A DNA stretch of 14,664 bases from Candidatus Heimdallarchaeota archaeon (GCA_015523565.1 WAKA01000006.1:1-14664), one strand, 5' to 3'. Shown: positions 7,601-14,230, counted from the stretch's first letter. Numbers and translations are program-made. Notes: generated by a model not told the origin, from the sequence alone.

Positions 7601-10532
7601 CATTTTGATTTTGCTTGCATTTGCATCCTTGAATTTCCTTAGAAGCCTTCAATCAAGCGAGGTAGAGGATTTCAAGATATTTGGTCTTAACCAAGACCTA
7701 TTGGATAATGTAAGGAAAGCACTTCCTGTATTTTCTGCAATCTTCCTGATCAAGCCGAAAACATTTGAGGGGTTGGCAATCAGCCATGTCTGGTTCTTCA
7801 TTCTGACGCTCTTGGTCATTGGCACCATTGAAATGACTGGATTTGACAGACGCAAACTCATTGGGGTTCTTCCATTGTTGCTCCTTAATTTCATTGTGAT
7901 GCCTGAAAGTGGGGAACTTTGGCAAACAATCCTTCTTTTGGTCACATATGGTGTCTTGGTTGGATATTCCCTGATACGTTCCTCATTTTTCCAACCTGAT
8001 GAAAATGAGGCATATCATGTCCTGCTTTCACTTCTAAGTGCCGCAATCTTCTATGCCTTTGCTTTGGATGTTCCATCCTATCCAGAGGTGTTGTTGGTTG
8101 CTTTTGCAGTGGGGTTCTTGTTGCATACCTTTGAAAGCCTGAAATCAGAAACAACATATCGTTCAGTAGCCATTGCTGTTTTCATAAGCTCCCTTTCGGT
8201 TGTTTCCATGCAAGTCGGTATTGAGGACATACCTGTGGTTTCATTGAGTTTGTTTGCCCTTTCCTATATTGCATTGGGACTGTATCTTTTTGTCAATCTA
8301 TTTTACAAACAAGATCTTCCGCCTCACTCAATGGCAACACTTGGTGCCGTATTCGCGTTCATTGGCTTGGTCAATCCCGTCTCCATTGGCACTATTGAGG
8401 CTGGGGCAATTATCTTGGCAAGTATTGGGATATTGATGATGCAATACAGGAACTTTGAACTTACATCCACTGTCTTTGTCCAATTGGGTTTTCTTGTCCT
8501 TGTCACGAATTTGCAAGGGATCGTGCAAGATACAGTGTTTGCTGGGTTTGTTGTTCAATTGGTCTATTACAGGCTTTTCAAGGACAAAGAAGGTCTTTCC
8601 ATCTTGGATGACAGGATCAAACTTTATCAATATGTCCTGTTGCCCATTCCATTAATTGCGTCAATATCACTTTCCAATCCCATTTCACAAGTTATCTATC
8701 TTTCATTGCTTGGTATTCTGAGCGTTATCAACGAGATTGTAGAAGACCATGATTCCCGTGGTCTTTCTGCCATCGGCATTGCGTTGTTCACGAGATGGAT
8801 GGCCACTTACTCGGAACCAATTGCAATATTTGGGCAGAACCTATCGGAAGGCTTGTTCATTCCCTCTTTCATTGCATTGGCAGGTGCCATCTACCTGTTC
8901 AAGACATTTGATGAATCTCTTTATTTCTTGGAGAAGCAGATCCTTGCGTATCTTGTCTTTATCTTTGTGAGTTTTGGCATTAATGAAGGCATGACCACCT
9001 TTTTCATGGGGCTTCCTTTGGCTGTCGTATCCTTTTCACTTTGGACAAAAACACAAACGGATCGTGAGGATATCATTGATGTGTCATTTCTTGCAGTTTC
9101 TCCATTATTATTCCTTTTCACGGGAGCAAATCTCGCGTTTGTCCCATTGGTGTTTTTCTTCTTGAACCTTGTGCTTACCTGTATTAAATCTGTCTTGAGA
9201 AAGACTACAGGTTCCTTGGTTCGTTTGGCATGGTTCGGTTTTGCCCATCTTGTGGAGGGGATGTTCCTTGGAGGTACCTCAGACACGTGGGAAATGGTTG
9301 CGGGGGTTGTACCGCAGATTGTAATGGATTATGCTTGGGTCACTCTTCTTGCATTTTGGCTTATTTCAATAAACATCCTTATCTCTGGTCTGACCGAACT
9401 GGATGTTGAGGGGATGGAAAATATTTCTGCATATGGTCTTGGCACCTCAACCAGCATTTTCGTAATGGCATTGGCATCCCTTATGTGGATAAACCTATCC
9501 AATATAATCAGTCTTTTCCTTCTTTTGGCAATTGGATCGTTCCTGTTGCTTATTGCCGTGAGCGTGAATGGGCGTTTCGCCCCTGTTGCAAAACGGGATT
9601 TCACAATTATGGTCGGCTCAATTCTTGCATTGCTGGTTAGCCTGCGTATTTTCAGTTTTTCATTCATAGGGGCATATGACACAAGTATCTTGGCAAATAT
9701 CTTGACAGGCAGGGAAATGATTGCCTATTTTGTTTTCCTTCCAGTCAGCCTTACCATGATCCCATTGACGCTTAGGGTTGTTGCAAATAGGGAGCTTTCA
9801 AATATCATCGTTGCATCAAATCTTGATTTATTGCTCTTTGCGACTGTCGGCTTGACATTCTTCTGGTTCCCCAATTTCGGGGATGTTGCCGCAGGGGTTG
9901 TTGTTCTGCTTTGGAGCCTATTTGTTGTTTCCGCTTCCTTGGGTCGCCGTGAGACATCAGTAATCTCTTCTGCACTGATGTTCATCATGACCTTCTTGTT
10001 TGGAAGGGACAACCAGTGGTTGCAAAAGCTTTCACTTGGTGGTGTTGCTGTGGATGGAGGGGCAGTTTCATTATTGGTAGTCAGTGCCTTGATGTTTGCC
10101 TACCTTTGGAAGCTCAATTTTGAAAATGTTTACAATACCTGCCATGACATTGTATATTCCACAACGGTTGGTACAACAGTGCTTGCCCTAATGCTGATGG
10201 CAGACTTGACAACCACAGCAGGAAGAGCCATATTCTTCAATGGGCTTGTTCTGCTCAGTGTTTCAACCATGGCCTATGCAGTGAAGTTTTCAATGAGAAA
10301 ATATGAAATTCTTGCTACAGTCATCATTTATGGAGCCTTATTGCTGGGTATTGGGGCATTGATAGTTCTTGGTGCATCAGGGACTTTGAATCTTCCACTG
10401 ACCATGCTTACACTGTTTACTGGTGGCTTGGGTTTCCTCATCAATATGGGACTTCAGAACATAGAGAAATTGATGCAGCGTGCCAAGTTCCTGCAGATGT
10501 TCGCCCCTCGGGAGGTGTCATCCAATGAATAA
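4677..10532 (+). CDS. Giant polytopic membrane protein (1951 aa): double zinc ribbon, coiled coil, Pro-rich linker, DUF2339-like membrane region
   Basis: CEKC-x10-CSVC and CVNC-x10-CKKC; heptad segment IQEKLSRIEGNVDLLDQKLNFQIRRIDRIVKIL; Pro-rich linker; then about 1700 residues of almost uninterrupted hydrophobic segments with short loops (roughly 50 or more TM helices, estimated by eye). The layout of the first helices (LSPVFQGLAFGVIG... / AYLGYLHRS) recalls DUF2339. Confidence 0.85.
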   Translation: MKVCEKCGSEQKDEGRFCSVCGHNLVTTSAGDFWCVNCTAEVSEADEVCKKCGSAVLRGNLKIQEKLSRIEGNVDLLDQKLNFQIRRIDRIVKILETAHLGTVPDVVEPSPQVAKASQVPEEVPEPIVPPGKVAYDIPPPIKVSAPVKVSPPVQVKPLPTTEVIGREHLDPPTLPALFPRFSAKDFVTVDEIQIEKRKTKVFVGEQSLAMKVFSVLTNQVQPIVASGLLIGAFMLLAISLQLSPVFQGLAFGVIGLFSMFMGHAIISGRVFGIDLQGLRSREVGIFLVNFGMGLGLGVAWVTGGSVVLRLLPSLVYIGVPAYLGYLHRSDFTKSLVIIAILADAIVLSTSGLPWLMQIGGVLPIGIALIYLYLISKQDVSFAPVLILMVGGPLIVVVHSLAVDVMFLPSLGIVLSLFPVAYFLMRGFVDVIKPYYYTLYSFFFLWPVVAFSIILAKSSSGFPVDPVILFAGLAIAFHLSTSVMHGKFEGTEILRDVSQRFDRIAKIYVPVLGSLVILYQQLLLAPVGQGITIFDFIMGYVVPQFLLVFLFVVYVVFVHWSKFWTRKGSIAEKWASILVCDLSVLVSTIWLNNEGVHLGNPAVIVMATFLFTAIVPFLGVLIHLFAGRWIDREVLLAKTNVVAIANGFLLTVGFIEGAAALAVTLVSLSIFLVGLLLPHLEGVQRKSYYQVSLIGNFIIVVFGQLLGRYDRIEIEPLVRLLGSFGISTVGPFVVFAIYASFSGFSFLFLNKIIPHRTTADIDFQTVITNPMMARQYVGQKFIEYQELIFSVLLNLSFIVFLVTDGFIMGEGLSYLPPTAVSLAFMLVNAITIYNSRGRHWGTLVPAYASFLATMAYVSDSSYSLFVQFGLIFVYSVSLYVSYLDGVKKRPSYLARIFWRDAIAWVVFLLMLLSANLSAFGTIVTFAILLLGSLFVTMRYGQYVLLGLAPVLLASLISHMPSAYDTSWATDLNYFMAILILLAFASLNFLRSLQSSEVEDFKIFGLNQDLLDNVRKALPVFSAIFLIKPKTFEGLAISHVWFFILTLLVIGTIEMTGFDRRKLIGVLPLLLLNFIVMPESGELWQTILLLVTYGVLVGYSLIRSSFFQPDENEAYHVLLSLLSAAIFYAFALDVPSYPEVLLVAFAVGFLLHTFESLKSETTYRSVAIAVFISSLSVVSMQVGIEDIPVVSLSLFALSYIALGLYLFVNLFYKQDLPPHSMATLGAVFAFIGLVNPVSIGTIEAGAIILASIGILMMQYRNFELTSTVFVQLGFLVLVTNLQGIVQDTVFAGFVVQLVYYRLFKDKEGLSILDDRIKLYQYVLLPIPLIASISLSNPISQVIYLSLLGILSVINEIVEDHDSRGLSAIGIALFTRWMATYSEPIAIFGQNLSEGLFIPSFIALAGAIYLFKTFDESLYFLEKQILAYLVFIFVSFGINEGMTTFFMGLPLAVVSFSLWTKTQTDREDIIDVSFLAVSPLLFLFTGANLAFVPLVFFFLNLVLTCIKSVLRKTTGSLVRLAWFGFAHLVEGMFLGGTSDTWEMVAGVVPQIVMDYAWVTLLAFWLISINILISGLTELDVEGMENISAYGLGTSTSIFVMALASLMWINLSNIISLFLLLAIGSFLLLIAVSVNGRFAPVAKRDFTIMVGSILALLVSLRIFSFSFIGAYDTSILANILTGREMIAYFVFLPVSLTMIPLTLRVVANRELSNIIVASNLDLLLFATVGLTFFWFPNFGDVAAGVVVLLWSLFVVSASLGRRETSVISSALMFIMTFLFGRDNQWLQKLSLGGVAVDGGAVSLLVVSALMFAYLWKLNFENVYNTCHDIVYSTTVGTTVLALMLMADLTTTAGRAIFFNGLVLLSVSTMAYAVKFSMRKYEILATVIIYGALLLGIGALIVLGASGTLNLPLTMLTLFTGGLGFLINMGLQNIEKLMQRAKFLQMFAPREVSSNE
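5097..5141 (+). repeat. Degenerate 18-nt in-frame tandem repeat (IKVSAP VKVSPP VQV)
   Basis: atcaaggtttctgcacct / gtcaaggtgtctcctcct / gttcaagtg within the Pro-rich linker. Confidence 0.6.
10511..10517 (+). promoter_or_regulatory. Ribosome-binding site GGAGGTG for the RING gene
   Basis: Lies 7 nt upstream of the in-frame ATG at 10525, supporting that start over 10480. Confidence 0.8.
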
Positions 10533-11406
10533 GCCAGTACAGAATCTTATTTCCAATGTACGGAAAGGGAAGATTGACCAATCTCGTGCACTAGAGATAT
10601 TGGTCGATGGCGGTGCTGAAGAGAAGGCGGAACTTGCACTTTTCATAGGCACATATAGAATAGGGGAACTACTTGACCCTCTTCGAGATGCCTTTGAAAT
10701 GGAGCTTGATCCAGAAATACGGGGATTATACTATTGGGCCATTTCACTCATCGCACCCGAACAAATGACCAACACTCTTGTGGAATGGATCTTGGATGAG
10801 GAAAACGAGGATGTAAAGCGTTCGATGGTTGAATCTTTTCTGACCTTTGCAGAACGCCATGACATTCCTTTGGAAACCATCAAAATCCAGAAAGAAAAAG
10901 TCATGGAACCCTTTATGTCAGTCAAGGTATCTTCACCTGTACAGATGCCTAAATCAACTACGCATGAACAACTTTACGACAATGTACTGCATATCCTCAA
11001 CAAGTTCCGACCAAAGATACCTGTCAGTTTGCAACGTATATCCTCACTCGCGGGAATTTCCATCAATGAATTGACGCAGATATTGGATGACTTAGACGGA
11101 AGGGGAATGCTCCCCGGCGAATACCTGCGACTTGAACAAGTTTTCATTAAGGACACCAAAACTGCACAGTTGGTCAAATGTACCTCTTGTGGTTCAATGG
11201 TGACCGCCTACCCATGCCCAGAATGTGGCGGCGGCAAGGTATGCGCAACCTGTCGTCTTGCCATTGACATGGAGGACAGTATATTGACCTGCCCACATTG
11301 CGATGCCCCGTCACATTCGAGACACCTGCTGGAATGGGTGAAAATCAAGGGGGTCTGTCCTTCATGCCGAAACAGCATCTCTTTGCGTGATCTTGAAGAT
11401 TCCTGA
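10525..11406 (+). CDS. HEAT-repeat + winged-helix (PCI-like) + zinc ribbon + RING-finger protein, putative E3 ubiquitin ligase (293 aa)
   Basis: HEAT-like repeats LLDPLRDAFEMELDPEIRGLYYWAISLI and LVEWILDEENEDVKRSMVESF; WH/PCI-like VSLQRISSLAGISINELTQILDDLDGRGMLPGEY; zinc ribbon CTSC..CPEC; RING C-x2-C-x12-C-x2-C-x4-H-x2-H-x3-W-x6-C-x2-C at 11242-11367. Overlaps the upstream stop by 8 nt. Confidence 0.85.
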   Translation: MNKPVQNLISNVRKGKIDQSRALEILVDGGAEEKAELALFIGTYRIGELLDPLRDAFEMELDPEIRGLYYWAISLIAPEQMTNTLVEWILDEENEDVKRSMVESFLTFAERHDIPLETIKIQKEKVMEPFMSVKVSSPVQMPKSTTHEQLYDNVLHILNKFRPKIPVSLQRISSLAGISINELTQILDDLDGRGMLPGEYLRLEQVFIKDTKTAQLVKCTSCGSMVTAYPCPECGGGKVCATCRLAIDMEDSILTCPHCDAPSHSRHLLEWVKIKGVCPSCRNSISLRDLEDS

Positions 11407-11416
11407 TTCTGCAACC

Positions 11417-11587
11417 TTATGTTTCATAGACCAACATTTTTTCATCTTTTGTAATATTCTCTTGTAATCTGTCTATAAGCCTCTTGATTGCCAAATTTTG
11501 CTCTTGCTTATTGTATCCAGCCTCTGCCAACCCCAATCTAATTAAATACAACAAATATTCAATTTCCACATTCATGTCTTCCATCAT
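11417..11587 (-). CDS. Small hypothetical protein (56 aa), below the ORF-track cutoff
   Basis: MMEDMNVEIEYLLYLIRLGLAEAGYNKQEQNLAIKRLIDRLQENITKDEKMLVYET. Fills most of the gap, looks like amphipathic helices, and has TTTTAATATA about 18-27 nt upstream on the minus strand. Confidence 0.55.
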   Translation of the reverse strand: MMEDMNVEIEYLLYLIRLGLAEAGYNKQEQNLAIKRLIDRLQENITKDEKMLVYET

Positions 11588-11676
11588 AATTTCTTAGAGC
11601 TTTGTATATTAAAATAAAAATGGGGAGCATATTAAAACTAAAAAAGTAAAATTTCCACCACTTCCGCAAAACACAC

Positions 11677-11710
11677 TTATATTTGATAATTCTAACTGCG
11701 TTAACGGAGG
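11677..11710 (+). promoter_or_regulatory. TATA-like box (TTATATTT, 11677-11684) and RBS GGAGG (11706-11710) for the CARF gene
   Basis: An A-rich BRE-like stretch precedes the TATA-like box. GGAGG sits 9 nt before an in-frame ATC at 11720. Confidence 0.5.
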
Positions 11711-11719
11711 GTTTTAACC

Positions 11720-13012
11720 ATCAAACAAATTTTTATAGTTACAACAGGCTATGTACCGTCATATAAAAAAGTGAAATACAGGTTTGGAAATTCAACAAAG
11801 GTTAGTTGGTTTTCAAGTGAGGCTTTATTGGAATTCTGCTTTGATGATCCATCAAATGTCCATGTCATAATTGTCCACCCTGACAATGATGCCGCATATA
11901 AGGGTGTGCATGAGGGGTTCAAAACAGGGCAATATGGATTAAAGGCACCTCGTCCAAGCATTTGTGAGCTTTTCAAGAATTGTGCATCCATTCAAGTGAT
12001 AAGTGTCAAGGACGAGAAAGCCATAGGGGAAGAGGACCTTCTTTCCAGTTTCGATGATTTGGAAAGAGCAATTGAAAACATAGGCTTTCCATCGAAAATA
12101 ACCTATGACTTGACACATTCCTATCGGCATGTCGCTTTTGTAATACTTCTCCAATCCTTCTACCTGCAAACCCTGAAGAAAGGGAATGTTGAGATCCGCA
12201 ACATTTTCTATGCATTTGCCAAGCAACCATTGAAAGAAATGGATGAAGTCTCCTATCTCGATTTGGCACAATTGTTCCTTTCGATTCTGAACACACAGGT
12301 CATCAAGGATGCAGTACATGAACTGCGACCCCTTCCACTCAAGAGATATGCGGATGACTTAAAAAAATTCAAGGGGTTCTTGAATAAAACGGGGTATTCC
12401 ACGGAATACACTGATGCAGTAATCAAAAGGGTCAAGGAAATATCGTCCAAACTTTTCTATTTGCAAAATGGGTTTTTCGACTTGGATGACCTGACAACCT
12501 TGAAGAAATCCTTGAAAATAAAGAAAAAACAGCCAGAACATGCCTGGGACAGATTTCTTTCCAGATTTGTCCAAGCCCTTTTTGACGAGATTTCAATGCT
12601 TTTGAAAGGTTTGATAACCACTAATGGCTTTTATGCAAAAAGCAGGGTAATGTGCAGGTTGGGCAATCTTGTGTTTGAAAGGCAGGATGACATTGGCAAG
12701 GCGTTTGCATTCTTGCGTGAATCAATAGTCCAATACTTTGTCGAACATTTGTCATGCGAGGTAAGGGAAGCAGATCAAAAATTTAGTGAATTCATTAACC
12801 AAGAAAATATTGTTCCTGATAAATTCAAGCACATTAAAGAATTGTTTGCGGATATCGGGAATGTGAGAAATGAACTTCAGCATCTTGGGATGGGCAAACA
12901 ACCTGCCGCTTTAAGCAATTATCAAAGAAAATTCAAAAAATATTTCGAGAAGCTGGATTCTTTCTTTAAAGAAGGGAATACAGACTTCATAGACTATCTT
13001 TCTCAAATTTGA
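11720..13012 (+). CDS. csx1: CARF-HEPN ribonuclease, Csx1/TM1812 (DxTHG-motif) family
   Basis: ITYDLTHSYRH (12107-12127) is a DxTHGxR variant followed by the typical helix and I.NIFYA strand. HEPN RxxxxH motif RNELQH at 12866-12883, followed by LGM. The frame is open 5' of GTG 11771 and encodes KQIFIVTTGYVPSYKKVKYRF, the family's N-terminal strand-Gly-Y...Y motif. Confidence 0.8.
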   Translation: MKQIFIVTTGYVPSYKKVKYRFGNSTKVSWFSSEALLEFCFDDPSNVHVIIVHPDNDAAYKGVHEGFKTGQYGLKAPRPSICELFKNCASIQVISVKDEKAIGEEDLLSSFDDLERAIENIGFPSKITYDLTHSYRHVAFVILLQSFYLQTLKKGNVEIRNIFYAFAKQPLKEMDEVSYLDLAQLFLSILNTQVIKDAVHELRPLPLKRYADDLKKFKGFLNKTGYSTEYTDAVIKRVKEISSKLFYLQNGFFDLDDLTTLKKSLKIKKKQPEHAWDRFLSRFVQALFDEISMLLKGLITTNGFYAKSRVMCRLGNLVFERQDDIGKAFAFLRESIVQYFVEHLSCEVREADQKFSEFINQENIVPDKFKHIKELFADIGNVRNELQHLGMGKQPAALSNYQRKFKKYFEKLDSFFKEGNTDFIDYLSQI

Positions 13013-13590
13013 CCTTTTTTCTCGTCATAAACTGCCTTTCCTATCATGTGGGCAATCCTTAATGCTTCAGGCATGTTCCCGACAGCAATAGTGCATTTGA
13101 TGATTTGTGTGGCAGTTTCAAAATCAATGCCTGTTGCTTGGATAAAGATTCCTTCCTTCATGATTTTTGGCATTGGATGTTTCTGGATGACATTCCATCT
13201 TTCTTCACCATCTGGAAGGTTTTTCAAGGCTTCCTTGATTTTCTCGAAATCAGGTTTCCTTTTCATCACTGCAATAAATGGCACCTTTAATATCGTATAT
13301 ACTCTTTGCGGGTCAATCACACCAAATCCTCCAATGGTAACACCCTGATGGATGATTGCTTTCAGGTTCTGCCTATGCCCGCTTTTTTCAACCATCTCAA
13401 TTATCCTTGTAGTGGGATCTGGATCATCCTTCAAAATTGTGGTTTTTGTAATCCCCTCAACATAATGGTGTCCTCTCATGACGACTCCGAAGACATCCAC
13501 CCCATTCCATTCTGGACTAAAAAGTTGGAACCCCCCGTCATCAATTCCCATGACGGGTATTTTCTCTTTCACAGGTTTGTCATTCAACAA
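13003..13590 (-). CDS. DUF99 (UPF0215) family protein, endonuclease V-like fold
   Basis: Motifs VMGIDDG, GVVMRG, DPT..I, GVTIGGFGVID, P.IAVMKRKPD...IKEALK and G.MPEALRIAHMIG are the recognisable signature of archaeal DUF99. TTG start. Confidence 0.92.
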   Translation of the reverse strand: MLNDKPVKEKIPVMGIDDGGFQLFSPEWNGVDVFGVVMRGHHYVEGITKTTILKDDPDPTTRIIEMVEKSGHRQNLKAIIHQGVTIGGFGVIDPQRVYTILKVPFIAVMKRKPDFEKIKEALKNLPDGEERWNVIQKHPMPKIMKEGIFIQATGIDFETATQIIKCTIAVGNMPEALRIAHMIGKAVYDEKKGQI

Positions 13591-13774
13591 GTGTTGATTA
13601 TTCTTTCATTCGGGGGATGTATGTTTCAACAGCAGTTTGTATAGTATTGAAAAGAGATAAGTTCCCCTCTTTTAAAACCGCATGTGGACAAATCAAAAAT
13701 TCGAATATTGGTTCAGGATTTGGCAATCAAATGAAAGCCAAAAAAAGAGTCATTTCTTTAATGGGGGAAAACCA

Positions 13775-14230
13775 ATGGGAAAGAAAATAAATAAAAATGG
13801 TGGGAAAAGGAGAAAGAGTAGACGAGTTACAATACGGAAAATCAAACCTATCACCGAAAGGAGTCCCGCAATTGAATTTGAATTTAATATTGGTTTCCAA
13901 GGCATTAAAATTAAAAGAGAACTTCTAGAAATAAAATCAATAGTTATTAGCAAAAAGGTGCTAGATAAATTGTTAGATAAGCCAGGGCATTTAACAATTG
14001 AGGAAATTAAATTTGTATTGGAATCCCCAAATGGGATTTATCTCAAAGAAGGTAATGAGATCTGGTTTTTTTCACAAAACGAAAAAGTCACAAAAAAAGT
14101 TGTTGTAAAGCTGGTGAAAAAAGGAACGAAGCATTGGATAAGTACGGCACACATAATGTCAACAGATAGGTTTAACCATGATGTCAAAAAGAAAAGACTC
14201 AAGCTAATCTGGACAAACTTTGAATCCTGA
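13775..14230 (+). CDS. Putative BECR-fold RNase toxin (BrnT/DUF4258/PBECR2-like) with a basic N-terminal tail
   Basis: IVISKKVLDKLLDKPGHLTIEEIKFVLESP..IY ... VVVKLVKKG...WISTAH fits the helix-helix-P-beta-meander-ITA layout of BECR toxins. ATG 13775 has GGGGG at 13763-13767 and is preferred over 13682. Confidence 0.55.
   Translation: MGKKINKNGGKRRKSRRVTIRKIKPITERSPAIEFEFNIGFQGIKIKRELLEIKSIVISKKVLDKLLDKPGHLTIEEIKFVLESPNGIYLKEGNEIWFFSQNEKVTKKVVVKLVKKGTKHWISTAHIMSTDRFNHDVKKKRLKLIWTNFES

Noticed and set aside
10480-10524. N-terminal extension MPSSCRCSPLGRCHP of the RING protein
   Set aside because: Overlaps the upstream gene; a strong GGAGGTG supports ATG 10525.
4677-10532. Calling the giant membrane protein a transporter (MFS/ABC/RND) or a Piezo homologue
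   Set aside because: No family signature, nucleotide-binding domain or large extracellular cap is visible; only size and hydrophobicity are shared.
3759-11414. Many 60-164 aa alternative-frame and antisense ORFs inside the TPR, membrane and RING genes
   Set aside because: All overlap long ORFs with coherent domains and have no motifs of their own; they are shadow ORFs.
11407-11719. CRISPR array or leader next to the csx1-like gene
   Set aside because: No regularly spaced direct repeats here or elsewhere in the window; the gap is explained by a small ORF and promoter-like elements.
11749-13644. Antisense and alternative-frame ORFs within the CARF-HEPN and DUF99 genes
   Set aside because: Shadow frames of genes with well-recognised motifs.
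13584-13673. Inverted repeats TCAACA-ag-TGTTGA (13584-13597) and AAAAGAG-n10-CTCTTTT (13650-13673) as operators
   Set aside because: 6-7 bp arms are expected by chance in AT-rich DNA, and there is no second copy or cognate regulator.
13682-13774. N-terminal 31 aa of the 182-aa ORF
   Set aside because: No RBS before 13682, while ATG 13775 has a G-rich RBS. Not fully excluded.
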